Source: Candidatus Sungiibacteriota bacterium (GTDB lineage: Bacteria > Patescibacteriota > Minisyncoccia > Sungbacterales > HO2-52-23). Taken from it: a DNA stretch of 64,000 nucleotides. Below the pieces are notes generated by a model. The model ran no database searches, was not told the DNA's origin, and was given only the letters and a program-made list of their open reading frames with translations. The stretch is from contig CP066690.1 in assembly GCA_016432465.1 (NCBI GenBank), positions 850,724-914,723 on the forward strand, in the 5' to 3' direction. Shown here piece after piece: positions 56,952 to 64,000 of this stretch. Numbering within the stretch: position 1 is the first letter of the stretch; each line of letters opens with the position of its first letter. Both the position numbers and the translations under genes were made by a program.

Positions 56952-57495
56952 TTTCTTGTTTTGTTGGCGCCTCTTCCAGAACCTCTATTTTTTCTTTACG
57001 AAATTCCTCGTACTGCGGCAGGTCTCCTATTTTAGTCAGGCCCAAATGTTTTAGAAAATCAAAACTCACGCGATACAAAAAAGAACGCGCGTCTTTGGGG
57101 TTTTCTATTCGCTCCACCAGCCCCCGCATAAGAAGGTTACGAAGCGTAAAGGAAGAATTTACCCCGCGTACATATTCAATCTGCGCCCGGGTTAGCGGTC
57201 CTTTATAGGCGACGATGGAGACAGTTTCCAGCGCGGCCCGGGAAAGCTCTTCGGTAAATTCGCTTTTAACCAAATCTTCAACATATTTGGCATTGGCCGG
57301 ATTTGAACCCAATTGATAAGTATTGTCTTTTTCAAGAAGCGTCAATCCCCTGCCCTCATAGTCTTTTTTAAGCCCGCTAAGCGCTTCCAACACCGCTTCT
57401 TTTTTATTTTTGGCAATCTTTATGAGTTTTTCCAGCGCCAAGGGTTCTCCGTATATAAAAAGAAGGGTCTCTATAATAGATTTTAAGTTGGTCAT
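56935..57495 (-). CDS. scpB: Segregation and condensation protein B
   Basis: IIETLLFIYGEPLALEKL and a tandem winged-helix layout. Confidence 0.85.
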   Translation of the reverse strand: MTNLKSIIETLLFIYGEPLALEKLIKIAKNKKEAVLEALSGLKKDYEGRGLTLLEKDNTYQLGSNPANAKYVEDLVKSEFTEELSRAALETVSIVAYKGPLTRAQIEYVRGVNSSFTLRNLLMRGLVERIENPKDARSFLYRVSFDFLKHLGLTKIGDLPQYEEFRKEKIEVLEEAPTKQENEAGP

Positions 57496-58199
57496 AATAA
57501 AACCCGTTTTATGATAATATCTTCAAAGGGTTTCTTTTGGTTGAGTTCCACAAAGCGCTGCCGCGCGAGCTCCAGAATCGCAAGAAAACTTACAATAATC
57601 TCCACCTTTTCTTTGGCGCCTTTGGTAAGCTCTGAGAAAGCGCGTTCCACAGTTTCTTGCAGGAAGGAGCGTATTTGTTTAATTTTTTCCTCAAGCGAAA
57701 TTATCTTTTTTAATTTTTCTTCGGCCAGTTTTTCAATTTTGGGAAGCGAGGCAAGAAACGCGGAAAAAACATCCCGGATTAGAGCGGCTGTTGTCTTAGT
57801 GGGAGGGTAAAAAACAGGGGCCATACCAAAATACGCCTCACGCGTAAAAATAAAATGGCGTCCTGCCTCCAGATTCTTTATTTCCTTGGATAGCTCCCGC
57901 AGACGCTTATACTCTTCAAGTCTTTTTTCCAGTTCCTCTATAGATTGGGTTTCTTCTTCCGATAGCACAAGACCCGGCAGTAAGGAGCGTGATTTTATCA
58001 GCATAAGCTGTGCCGCAATTACCAAAAACTCCGCCAACTGCTCCGGATCTATTTTCCCAAGCGATTTTATGTACGTAATATATTCATCCGTAACTTTGGC
58101 CAGTGAAATTTCAGAGATGGAAAGTTTCTCTTTTTCAATAAGCTCGAGCAGAAGCTCGAGCGGACCTTCAAATTTTTCGTGTTTGATTCGGAAGGCCAT
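57492..58199 (-). CDS. scpA: Segregation and condensation protein A
   Basis: FEGPLELLLELIEKEKLSISEISLAKVTDEY. Confidence 0.85.
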   Translation of the reverse strand: MAFRIKHEKFEGPLELLLELIEKEKLSISEISLAKVTDEYITYIKSLGKIDPEQLAEFLVIAAQLMLIKSRSLLPGLVLSEEETQSIEELEKRLEEYKRLRELSKEIKNLEAGRHFIFTREAYFGMAPVFYPPTKTTAALIRDVFSAFLASLPKIEKLAEEKLKKIISLEEKIKQIRSFLQETVERAFSELTKGAKEKVEIIVSFLAILELARQRFVELNQKKPFEDIIIKRVLL

Positions 58200-58202
58200 T
58201 GT

Positions 58203-59531
58203 TTAGGGTTCTAGTCTGTTGACACCTCGGTATAAATATGTAACCTCCCGGACATTATTTATATTGAAAATTTTCATAAGCATGCGCGATGGACCGTGGC
58301 CAAAACCTCCGTGCGGCGGACAGCCATATTTGAAAAAATCAAGATAGTGTTTAATTGGTTCCAAATTTAACCCTTTTTCTTTGGCCTGGTTAACCAGCAT
58401 ATCATAATGATGTTCACGTTGAGCCCCCGTGGTAACTTCCAGGCCGTTCCACAAGAGGTCAAAGCTTTTGGTTAAATTTTTGTTGTCCGGATGCCTCATA
58501 TGATAAAAAGGACGAACTGTGATTGGATAGTCGGTTACGAAGACAAACTCGTGGCCTTCTTTTTTTAAGATAAATTCGGATAAAGCTCGTTCTTCTTCGG
58601 GGCTTAAATCACCTTCCCGTTCGTTTGCGACACCGAGGCCCGCCAGAATCTTTTTTGCCTCCTGCATGGTTACTTTTGGAAAAGGAATAAGCGGAACTGT
58701 AAGTTTTCTTTCGTAGTGTCTAAAGATTTCTTCCCCAAAAGAAGTTTTGAGCTTTTCCAGAACATAACTAAGTATTTTTTCTTCCTCGGCCATTACATCG
58801 TAGTGGGAGTCAATAAAAGAAATTTCAATATCATAGCCGGTAAATTCGGTATCATGCCGTGAGGTAAATGACGGGTTGGCCCGAAATACCGGACCAACCT
58901 CAAAAACTTTTTCAAACCCGGCTGCCATAGCCATTTGTTTGTAAAATTGAGGCGACTGGGCAAGATAGGCTTTGCGGTCAAAATATTTTACTTCAAAAAG
59001 TTCTGCGCCGGACTCGCTCGGCGCGTTCATAAATTTTGGGGAGTGGATTTCAATGTAATCATGGCTTGTCCAATATTCTCGGAAGGCCTGCTCCATTGCC
59101 GTCCATACGTGAAAAATTAATGCTCTTTTTGGGTTTCGTAAATCTATCCATCGCCAATCCAGACGTTTTTGCAGTGCCGCCTCGTCGGTCCCTTCTTCTC
59201 CCAAAGGAATAGGCAGGTCCTCGGCAGCAGACAACACCTCCAGTTTTTCTGCGTGAAGTTCAATACTGCCAGTGGGAAGCTCCGGATTTTCCATTCCGGC
59301 GGGCCGTTTTTGTATTACACCCTCCACTTGTATCACCCATTCTGAACGTAATTTATCGGCTTCCTGCAGGATAGTTTTATTATCAGGACTAAAAACAACC
59401 TGTACTATTCCCCATCGGTCGCGCAGGTCAATAAAAATAAGCTTGCCGTGGTCGCGGCGAGCGTGCACCCAGCCCATAAGAGTTATTGATTCGCCTACCC
59501 TATTTGGTACGTCTTTGCTAAGAATCCGCAT
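58203..59531 (-). CDS. aspS: Aspartyl-tRNA synthetase, compact type 2 (possibly non-discriminating)
   Basis: Class II motifs FIDLRDRWG, QSPQFYKQ and FEVGPVFRA. The start is moved to MRILSKD; the track starts 12 codons upstream at a TTG. Confidence 0.8.
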   Translation of the reverse strand: MRILSKDVPNRVGESITLMGWVHARRDHGKLIFIDLRDRWGIVQVVFSPDNKTILQEADKLRSEWVIQVEGVIQKRPAGMENPELPTGSIELHAEKLEVLSAAEDLPIPLGEEGTDEAALQKRLDWRWIDLRNPKRALIFHVWTAMEQAFREYWTSHDYIEIHSPKFMNAPSESGAELFEVKYFDRKAYLAQSPQFYKQMAMAAGFEKVFEVGPVFRANPSFTSRHDTEFTGYDIEISFIDSHYDVMAEEEKILSYVLEKLKTSFGEEIFRHYERKLTVPLIPFPKVTMQEAKKILAGLGVANEREGDLSPEEERALSEFILKKEGHEFVFVTDYPITVRPFYHMRHPDNKNLTKSFDLLWNGLEVTTGAQREHHYDMLVNQAKEKGLNLEPIKHYLDFFKYGCPPHGGFGHGPSRMLMKIFNINNVREVTYLYRGVNRLEP

Positions 59532-59541
59532 AGCATTTATC

Positions 59542-60564
59542 CTACTGCTTCCTAAGGGCGCGGGCAATAAGCAGATCCAGAAGTTTGGGGAAATTAATCC
59601 CCGCGGCTTTGGCCGCCTCGGGCAAGAGACTGGTTTGGGTCATGCCGGGGATAGTGTTTATTTCTAAAATGTAGAGTTTGTTGTCGCTTCCCAAGATAAA
59701 ATCCGAACGGGACATGTCAGAACAACCAATGATTTTGTGCGCATAGAGAGCGGTGTTTTGGACCATGCTAATTGTTTTTTGGGAAAAACCGTGAGGCGGA
59801 ACAACGTGTTCCGATCCGCCCTCGTCGTATTTTGATCTGTAGTCATAAAAATTTCCAACCCGGGGAATGATTTCTGTTGGTAGGAGCGCAAATGCCTCTC
59901 CATTTTTATTTTCCAAAACTCCGCAGGTCAGTTCTCTGCCTTTTATGAATTTTTGGAGAATGATGTGGTTTGAGTGTCTAAAAGCTTCTACAAGTGCGTT
60001 TTTAAAGTCTCGTTTGTGGCGCACGATGCTTACTCCAATGCTTGAACCGTGGTTTGACGGTTTGACCACCAGTGGGCATTGAAAAGGATTTATAATTTTT
60101 TCTTGCTGGTTAAACACTCTATAATCCGGGACATTAAAGCCGTTATCCCGGAAAAGACTCAAAGAGCGGGGTTTATCCATCCCGAGGGCGCTGGCAAGAA
60201 TTCCCGAGCCAGTATATGGGATACCCATAGTTTCAAGCATTCCCTGAATTGTACCGTCTTCGCCGTATTTTCCGTGCATAGCAATAAAGGCTACGGGCGA
60301 ATCGAAGACTCGGTTTGGGAGAGGATTTTCAGCAAGCGGGACTAGATTTTTAACCGCTAGTTTTCTCTGGGAATAAAGAAGCGGTGTCTGGTAGGACGGG
60401 GCGATAAGCCATTTGCTTTTTTTAGTGATAAGCACCGGCCGCACGAGGTATTTTTTTGGATCAAGCGCGTGGATGATGTTTTTACCCGTATTTAAAGACA
60501 CTTCGTGCTCTGCCGAAGGCCCGCCCATCAGTACCAGAACCTTAATTTTTCTTCGTTTGGCCAT
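59542..60564 (-). CDS. ddl: D-alanine--D-alanine ligase
   Basis: ATP-grasp; KVLVLMGGPSAEHEVSL and the C-terminal LEINTIPGMT. Confidence 0.9.
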   Translation of the reverse strand: MAKRRKIKVLVLMGGPSAEHEVSLNTGKNIIHALDPKKYLVRPVLITKKSKWLIAPSYQTPLLYSQRKLAVKNLVPLAENPLPNRVFDSPVAFIAMHGKYGEDGTIQGMLETMGIPYTGSGILASALGMDKPRSLSLFRDNGFNVPDYRVFNQQEKIINPFQCPLVVKPSNHGSSIGVSIVRHKRDFKNALVEAFRHSNHIILQKFIKGRELTCGVLENKNGEAFALLPTEIIPRVGNFYDYRSKYDEGGSEHVVPPHGFSQKTISMVQNTALYAHKIIGCSDMSRSDFILGSDNKLYILEINTIPGMTQTSLLPEAAKAAGINFPKLLDLLIARALRKQ

Positions 60565-60623
60565 TTTTATATAATAAGTTTTGGGTTGATTTTACGCAAA
60601 TTTTGTGATACGATAGTATTTAG

Positions 60624-60697
60624 CCGCCCGTAGCTCAGCCTGGTAGAGCACCTGCCTTTTAAGCAGTGTGTCGGAGGTTCGAATCCTCCCGGGCGGA
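60624..60697 (+). tRNA. tRNA-Lys (anticodon UUU); no encoded CCA
   Basis: Cloverleaf: acceptor CCGCCCG/CGGGCGG, D-arm GCTC-AGCCTGGTA-GAGC, anticodon loop CUUUUAA, T-arm GGAGG-TTCGAAT-CCTCC, discriminator A. A terminator hairpin follows. Confidence 0.8.
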
Positions 60698-61215
60698 TAA
60701 ATTATTAATCTGCCACTTTAAGTGGCAGATTAATGCGGACAAACGGTAACCCCAATGGGCAAAAGATTAGTAGTCATAAGCTCGTCTTTGACCATAGTAA
60801 AGAGAATAAACCTCTGTAGATCATTCATCGTGATTTGGGGTCCCCACCTGCGGTTTGGATCGCTTGCTTCCTGCACAATTTTCCAAGCGCGTCGGCCAGC
60901 ATCTTTTCTTCGTAGTCGCGCCGCATAAAGAATGTGCGGATCAACAGGACCTATTGCAGTCGTATGACCCGCATGCCATGGATGGTTCGGTTGAAGCAAA
61001 CATGTGTTTACCGGCATTATGCCCCTTAACGTTGAGATTATGAACCTCATAAAATATAATATTTTATGAGCGCTTGATCAAGTGCTGAAAAAGATGAGCC
61101 CGATAAAATTTAGCAACAAAATAATTTTTGACAAATCTTAATGGATCCGTAGTCTAAATGAGGGCCGGTGGTTTAATGATAGAACATCACCCTTGTTCAC
61201 CTTTCACCTTTTTAC

Positions 61216-61286
61216 GGGCCGTTAGCATAGTGGCAGTGCACCCGGTTTGCATCCGGGAGGCGCGAGTTCAATTCTCGCACGGTCCA
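61216..61286 (+). tRNA. tRNA-Ala (anticodon UGC) with the G3:U70 identity pair; no encoded CCA
   Basis: Acceptor GGGCCGT/ACGGTCC gives G3-U70. Anticodon loop TTTGCAT. T-arm GCGAG-TTCAATT-CTCGC. Confidence 0.85.
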
Positions 61287-61315
61287 TTACAAAAAAACTT
61301 CACGCCTTAGCGTGA
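61287..61315. terminator. Bidirectional terminator CTTCACGC-CTTA-GCGTGAAG with flanking A/T runs
   Basis: Hairpin between tRNA-Ala and the convergent amidohydrolase gene. Confidence 0.6.
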
Positions 61316-61329
61316 AGTTTTGGGACTTA

Positions 61330-62556
61330 TTAAATATGATCAGCCACCAAGTTTCCGTTGATCATAACGCCTGCAATGTATTTTTCCAAATGTTCCCATT
61401 CCTGTAACGAAAGTTCCAGGGGGTTTTTAAACCAAAATATCATATCGGCAAAATAATTCTCTTTTAGGGCGCCTAGTTGAGAACCTCTGCGAAGAAATCT
61501 GGCACCATTTGAAGTTGCTGCTCTAAAGATTGTAGCCGTCCCAAGCCCCAACGACCGCATTAAATAAAGTTCTCGCAGTGAACCATGGGGCGTATACTCG
61601 CTTCCGGCATCAGATGCAAAAAGAATATTTTCGGCAAGTTTCTGCGCCACCTTCCGGAAAGTTAAAACCGCAGCATTCCACTCATAAGAAGAGTCCTCGG
61701 CGCCATCACCGTTAACAAGTGCTCCTTCATACCGACAAAGTAGTCCTTCCAGAGTTGGCGCAAAAAAAATACCAGCTTGCTGCATATACCGAAAATTTTT
61801 CTCCATAACCCTGTAATCAATGTCTTTTATCTGGATTCCGTGATCAATACAATCTGCCCCGTTGACGAGCGCTGCGAGAATCGCCTCACAGCCCTTAGCA
61901 TGCGCACTGATGAGAAATCCCCTCCCGTGCGCTTTAATTACCAGATATCTGAAAAGTTGCTTTCTGAATACAAGTCTATAATCAGGGTATCCCCACTCTG
62001 GAATTATTTTGATAACCGTCGCTCCCACACGTTGAGAATCTGCAATTAGCTCGTCAGCCTCCCGTTCAGTGGTTACTTTTCTGCAGGCATGTTGTGCAAA
62101 ACTTCCGTACGTCCCGACAGTCCAGGCAGAGAAAAATGTCCGCGGCGCACTACCTACTCTTTCAAGGTCTTTTATTGCGCGGTAGACCCAAGGAGCATCT
62201 GGTCCTGCGATTGCCGGGCCCTTGTCACAGACAGTAGTTATTCCGACTTTCAAGGACCTTAGTGTATTTTCACGGATCACCTCTTCTTGCTCGCTTTTTG
62301 GTCCTGTCACAAATGTCATAATATCTTCAAGCGTTCTGCCGCCGGGCATGCCCCAGTGTACATGACAATTGATAAATCCGGGCGTTACAAAAAATTCAGG
62401 AGTTCCATCAATTTGTCCTGCATGGATGACTTCAACGATTCTGCCTTGTTCAATACGGAGTTTCTCCGGCCCGATATCTGTATATCGTTCGGACAGCTTT
62501 ATTGTGTATACAGGGCGTGTCCAGTTATCCCTAGGCATCAAAAAATCACCCTGCAT
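61330..62556 (-). CDS. Metal-dependent amidohydrolase (amidohydrolase_1 family; substrate unknown)
   Basis: N-terminal HxH metal-binding motif INCHVHWGMPGG, later His/Asp ligands, and a TIM-barrel length. Confidence 0.7.
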   Translation of the reverse strand: MQGDFLMPRDNWTRPVYTIKLSERYTDIGPEKLRIEQGRIVEVIHAGQIDGTPEFFVTPGFINCHVHWGMPGGRTLEDIMTFVTGPKSEQEEVIRENTLRSLKVGITTVCDKGPAIAGPDAPWVYRAIKDLERVGSAPRTFFSAWTVGTYGSFAQHACRKVTTEREADELIADSQRVGATVIKIIPEWGYPDYRLVFRKQLFRYLVIKAHGRGFLISAHAKGCEAILAALVNGADCIDHGIQIKDIDYRVMEKNFRYMQQAGIFFAPTLEGLLCRYEGALVNGDGAEDSSYEWNAAVLTFRKVAQKLAENILFASDAGSEYTPHGSLRELYLMRSLGLGTATIFRAATSNGARFLRRGSQLGALKENYFADMIFWFKNPLELSLQEWEHLEKYIAGVMINGNLVADHI

Positions 62557-62616
62557 GAGTGATTCTCCTTTTTCGGTGCTGTCGGAATCTTAACGATAGT
62601 TTTATTTTGTGTCAAG

Positions 62617-63141
62617 CTATTCTTTTCTTTCAAGCCGCCGCAACAAAATTAACACCGCAATCGGCGCGACTAGCCACCATATATGCAGGTCGGGATTGGC
62701 AAATACGTTTTTAGTAAGCGGGGCAAGCAGTTTTATTTTTTCCGGCGGCAGAAACTGGAACGTAAGGTGAATCAAAAATCCCACTTGCAGAAAGCTTAAT
62801 AAAAATATCTGCCACCAAGAGCTTGCGGGCGCCATTCCGCGTCCCCTGCGGGAACCGAGGGAAAAAGCAAGAATAAGAAATAGTAAAATGAATACTCCGG
62901 CTTTGAAGAAAAATTCTTGCTGCAAGCCACTTGCCTCTTTAATGCGCTCAAGAGGCAGGGCTGAAGTTATGGCCAGGGCCACATAGGTATATATAATAGT
63001 AGCCGCCATTCGTCCTTTGCCCGTAGAGATGCCATAGAAAAATCCAATAGCCAGAAGCGCAAAAAGCGTAACCAAATCCCAAGTGGGGTGAGAGAGTATT
63101 TGGGCGGCAGTATTTTTAATTGAGTCAATCTGTGGAGGCAC
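62617..63141 (-). CDS. Hypothetical membrane protein (5 TM)
   Basis: Hydrophobicity. Palindrome copy 4 lies just upstream. Confidence 0.4.
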   Translation of the reverse strand: MPPQIDSIKNTAAQILSHPTWDLVTLFALLAIGFFYGISTGKGRMAATIIYTYVALAITSALPLERIKEASGLQQEFFFKAGVFILLFLILAFSLGSRRGRGMAPASSWWQIFLLSFLQVGFLIHLTFQFLPPEKIKLLAPLTKNVFANPDLHIWWLVAPIAVLILLRRLERKE

Positions 63142-63185
63142 AGATACATTATATCACTTATTCGAATCACAACACCACAATTGAA

Positions 63186-63222
63186 TTTGTACACTTAAAA
63201 ACGATCGCTTATAAGTGTACAT
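63186..63222. repeat. 36-bp palindrome, copy 4 (degenerate: TTTGTACACTTAAAAACGATCGCTTATAAGTGTACAT)
   Basis: Three mismatches between arms. Confidence 0.7.
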
Positions 63223-63326
63223 AACACCAAAACCCGCCGAGTCTTACTCGGCGGGTTTTGGTTTTGCGGCATATACCGCTTCTAAAGACCTTTTGCAAAA
63301 TAAGCTTTTGCAAAAGGTCTTAATTT

Positions 63327-64000
63327 TTAGTAGTCCTCGTGCGGCATTGCCGGTATCTTTTCCTCCTTTTTTGGAAGTTCTGCTATTGCTGCCTCGGTAG
63401 TCAAAAACATGGCGGCGACAGATACTGCATTTTCAAGAGCAAGGCGGGTTACTTTTACCGGATCAACAATACCTTCTTTAATCATATCTCCCACAATCCG
63501 GTCTCGCATGGCGTCGTAGCCCGCATTGGATTTGGGATCAGCCGCGATTTTCTCTTTGATTTTTAATGTTATTTCCCCTACTCTTTTGCCGGCGTTGGCC
63601 GCAATCTGCACCAGCGGTTCTTCCAGCGCATTGGTTAAAATAGAGTAGGCGGCATGTTCTTCCACAGCGTCTTTTTCTCCTTCCAGACGCCTGGTTTTTT
63701 CTTTGAGAAGCAAAGAAACTTTAAAAAGCGCTGTTCCCCCTCCGGCCACAATTCCTTCGGCCAAAGCCGCTTTGGTTGCGGCCACCGCATCCTCAATTTT
63801 CAGCTTAATATATTTCATCTCGGTTTCCGTGGCTGCGCCGACTTTTATCACCGCTACCCCGCCGGAAAGTTTGGCCAATCGCTCCTGCAGTTTTTCGCGA
63901 TCGTATTCGGAAGTAGTTTTTTCAATTTGGGCGCGGATTTGTTTGATTCTTTTTTCAATATCTTCTTTTTTGCCCTTTCCGCCCACGATAGTAGTGTTGT
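63327..64000 (-). CDS. groL: Chaperonin GroEL, C-terminal part (the gene continues beyond the window end)
   Basis: [16 protein letters not shown] and the C-terminal equatorial domain. Two terminator hairpins follow at 63228-63320. Confidence 0.9.
   Translation of the reverse strand, partial: NTTIVGGKGKKEDIEKRIKQIRAQIEKTTSEYDREKLQERLAKLSGGVAVIKVGAATETEMKYIKLKIEDAVAATKAALAEGIVAGGGTALFKVSLLLKEKTRRLEGEKDAVEEHAAYSILTNALEEPLVQIAANAGKRVGEITLKIKEKIAADPKSNAGYDAMRDRIVGDMIKEGIVDPVKVTRLALENAVSVAAMFLTTEAAIAELPKKEEKIPAMPHEDY

Noticed and set aside
60730-61050. 106-aa minus-strand ORF and 62-aa plus-strand ORF between the two tRNAs
   Set aside because: No RBS and no recognisable motifs. More likely non-coding spacer or a decayed remnant; kept only as a possible integration scar.

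Overview
This 64-kb window looks like a compact bacterial chromosome segment at roughly 45-48% GC. Its gene content points to a Candidate Phyla Radiation (Patescibacteria)-like organism; this is inference from many short ORFs, frequent GTG/TTG starts and a scattered cell-division/peptidoglycan gene set. I find no rRNA and no CRISPR array. About 80 CDS are supportable. Recognised genes: secA, fmt, def, pyrG, rplI, rpmA, maf, gltX, aspS, murC, murD, murG, ftsW, mraY, ddl, a DacA-like D-Ala-D-Ala carboxypeptidase, scpA, scpB, a C-terminal groL fragment, hpf, rmlC with an NDP-sugar dehydratase, GT2 and GT39-like glycosyltransferases, a CaCA antiporter, a Ctp/S41 peptidase, a membrane-bound M23 (LytM-type) peptidase with a coiled-coil domain, an S1 protease, a Xer-type tyrosine recombinase, tRNA-Lys(UUU) and tRNA-Ala(UGC). 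Features worth a second look: (1) a polyamine locus with a fused spermidine synthase / S-adenosylmethionine decarboxylase (SpeE-SpeH) gene plus a second SpeH-like and a second SpeE-like paralog; (2) a new ~110-160 bp MITE-like element with ~22-bp terminal inverted repeats, in five full copies plus one fragment. One copy sits in frame inside a LigT-like gene, and two abut the GTG starts of def and murD, supplying SD-like G-runs. (3) A family of ~170-230 bp GC-rich structured repeats rich in UUCG-type hairpins, two of which sit next to a 36-40 bp perfect palindrome (TTGTACACTTAAAA-CGATCG-TTTTAAGTGTACAA) that occurs four times. (4) A TelA-like coiled-coil protein, a membrane protein and a classic-clade AAA+ ATPase with a Vps4/p97-like SKWxGE motif. 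(5) A P-loop kinase fused to a CYTH domain, next to a standalone Cas4-like PD-(D/E)XK nuclease. (6) A GC-rich (~60%+) island that starts right after a ~69-bp direct repeat at 51.6 kb and holds a second copy internally at 52.9 kb, encoding a secreted S1 protease. (7) A 72-bp direct repeat that duplicates the promoter and 5' end of the M23 peptidase gene in front of two unrelated small genes. (8) An array of small-protein gene cassettes sharing a 12-nt motif. Coordinates derived by hand, as opposed to taken from the ORF track, may be off by 1-2 nt.
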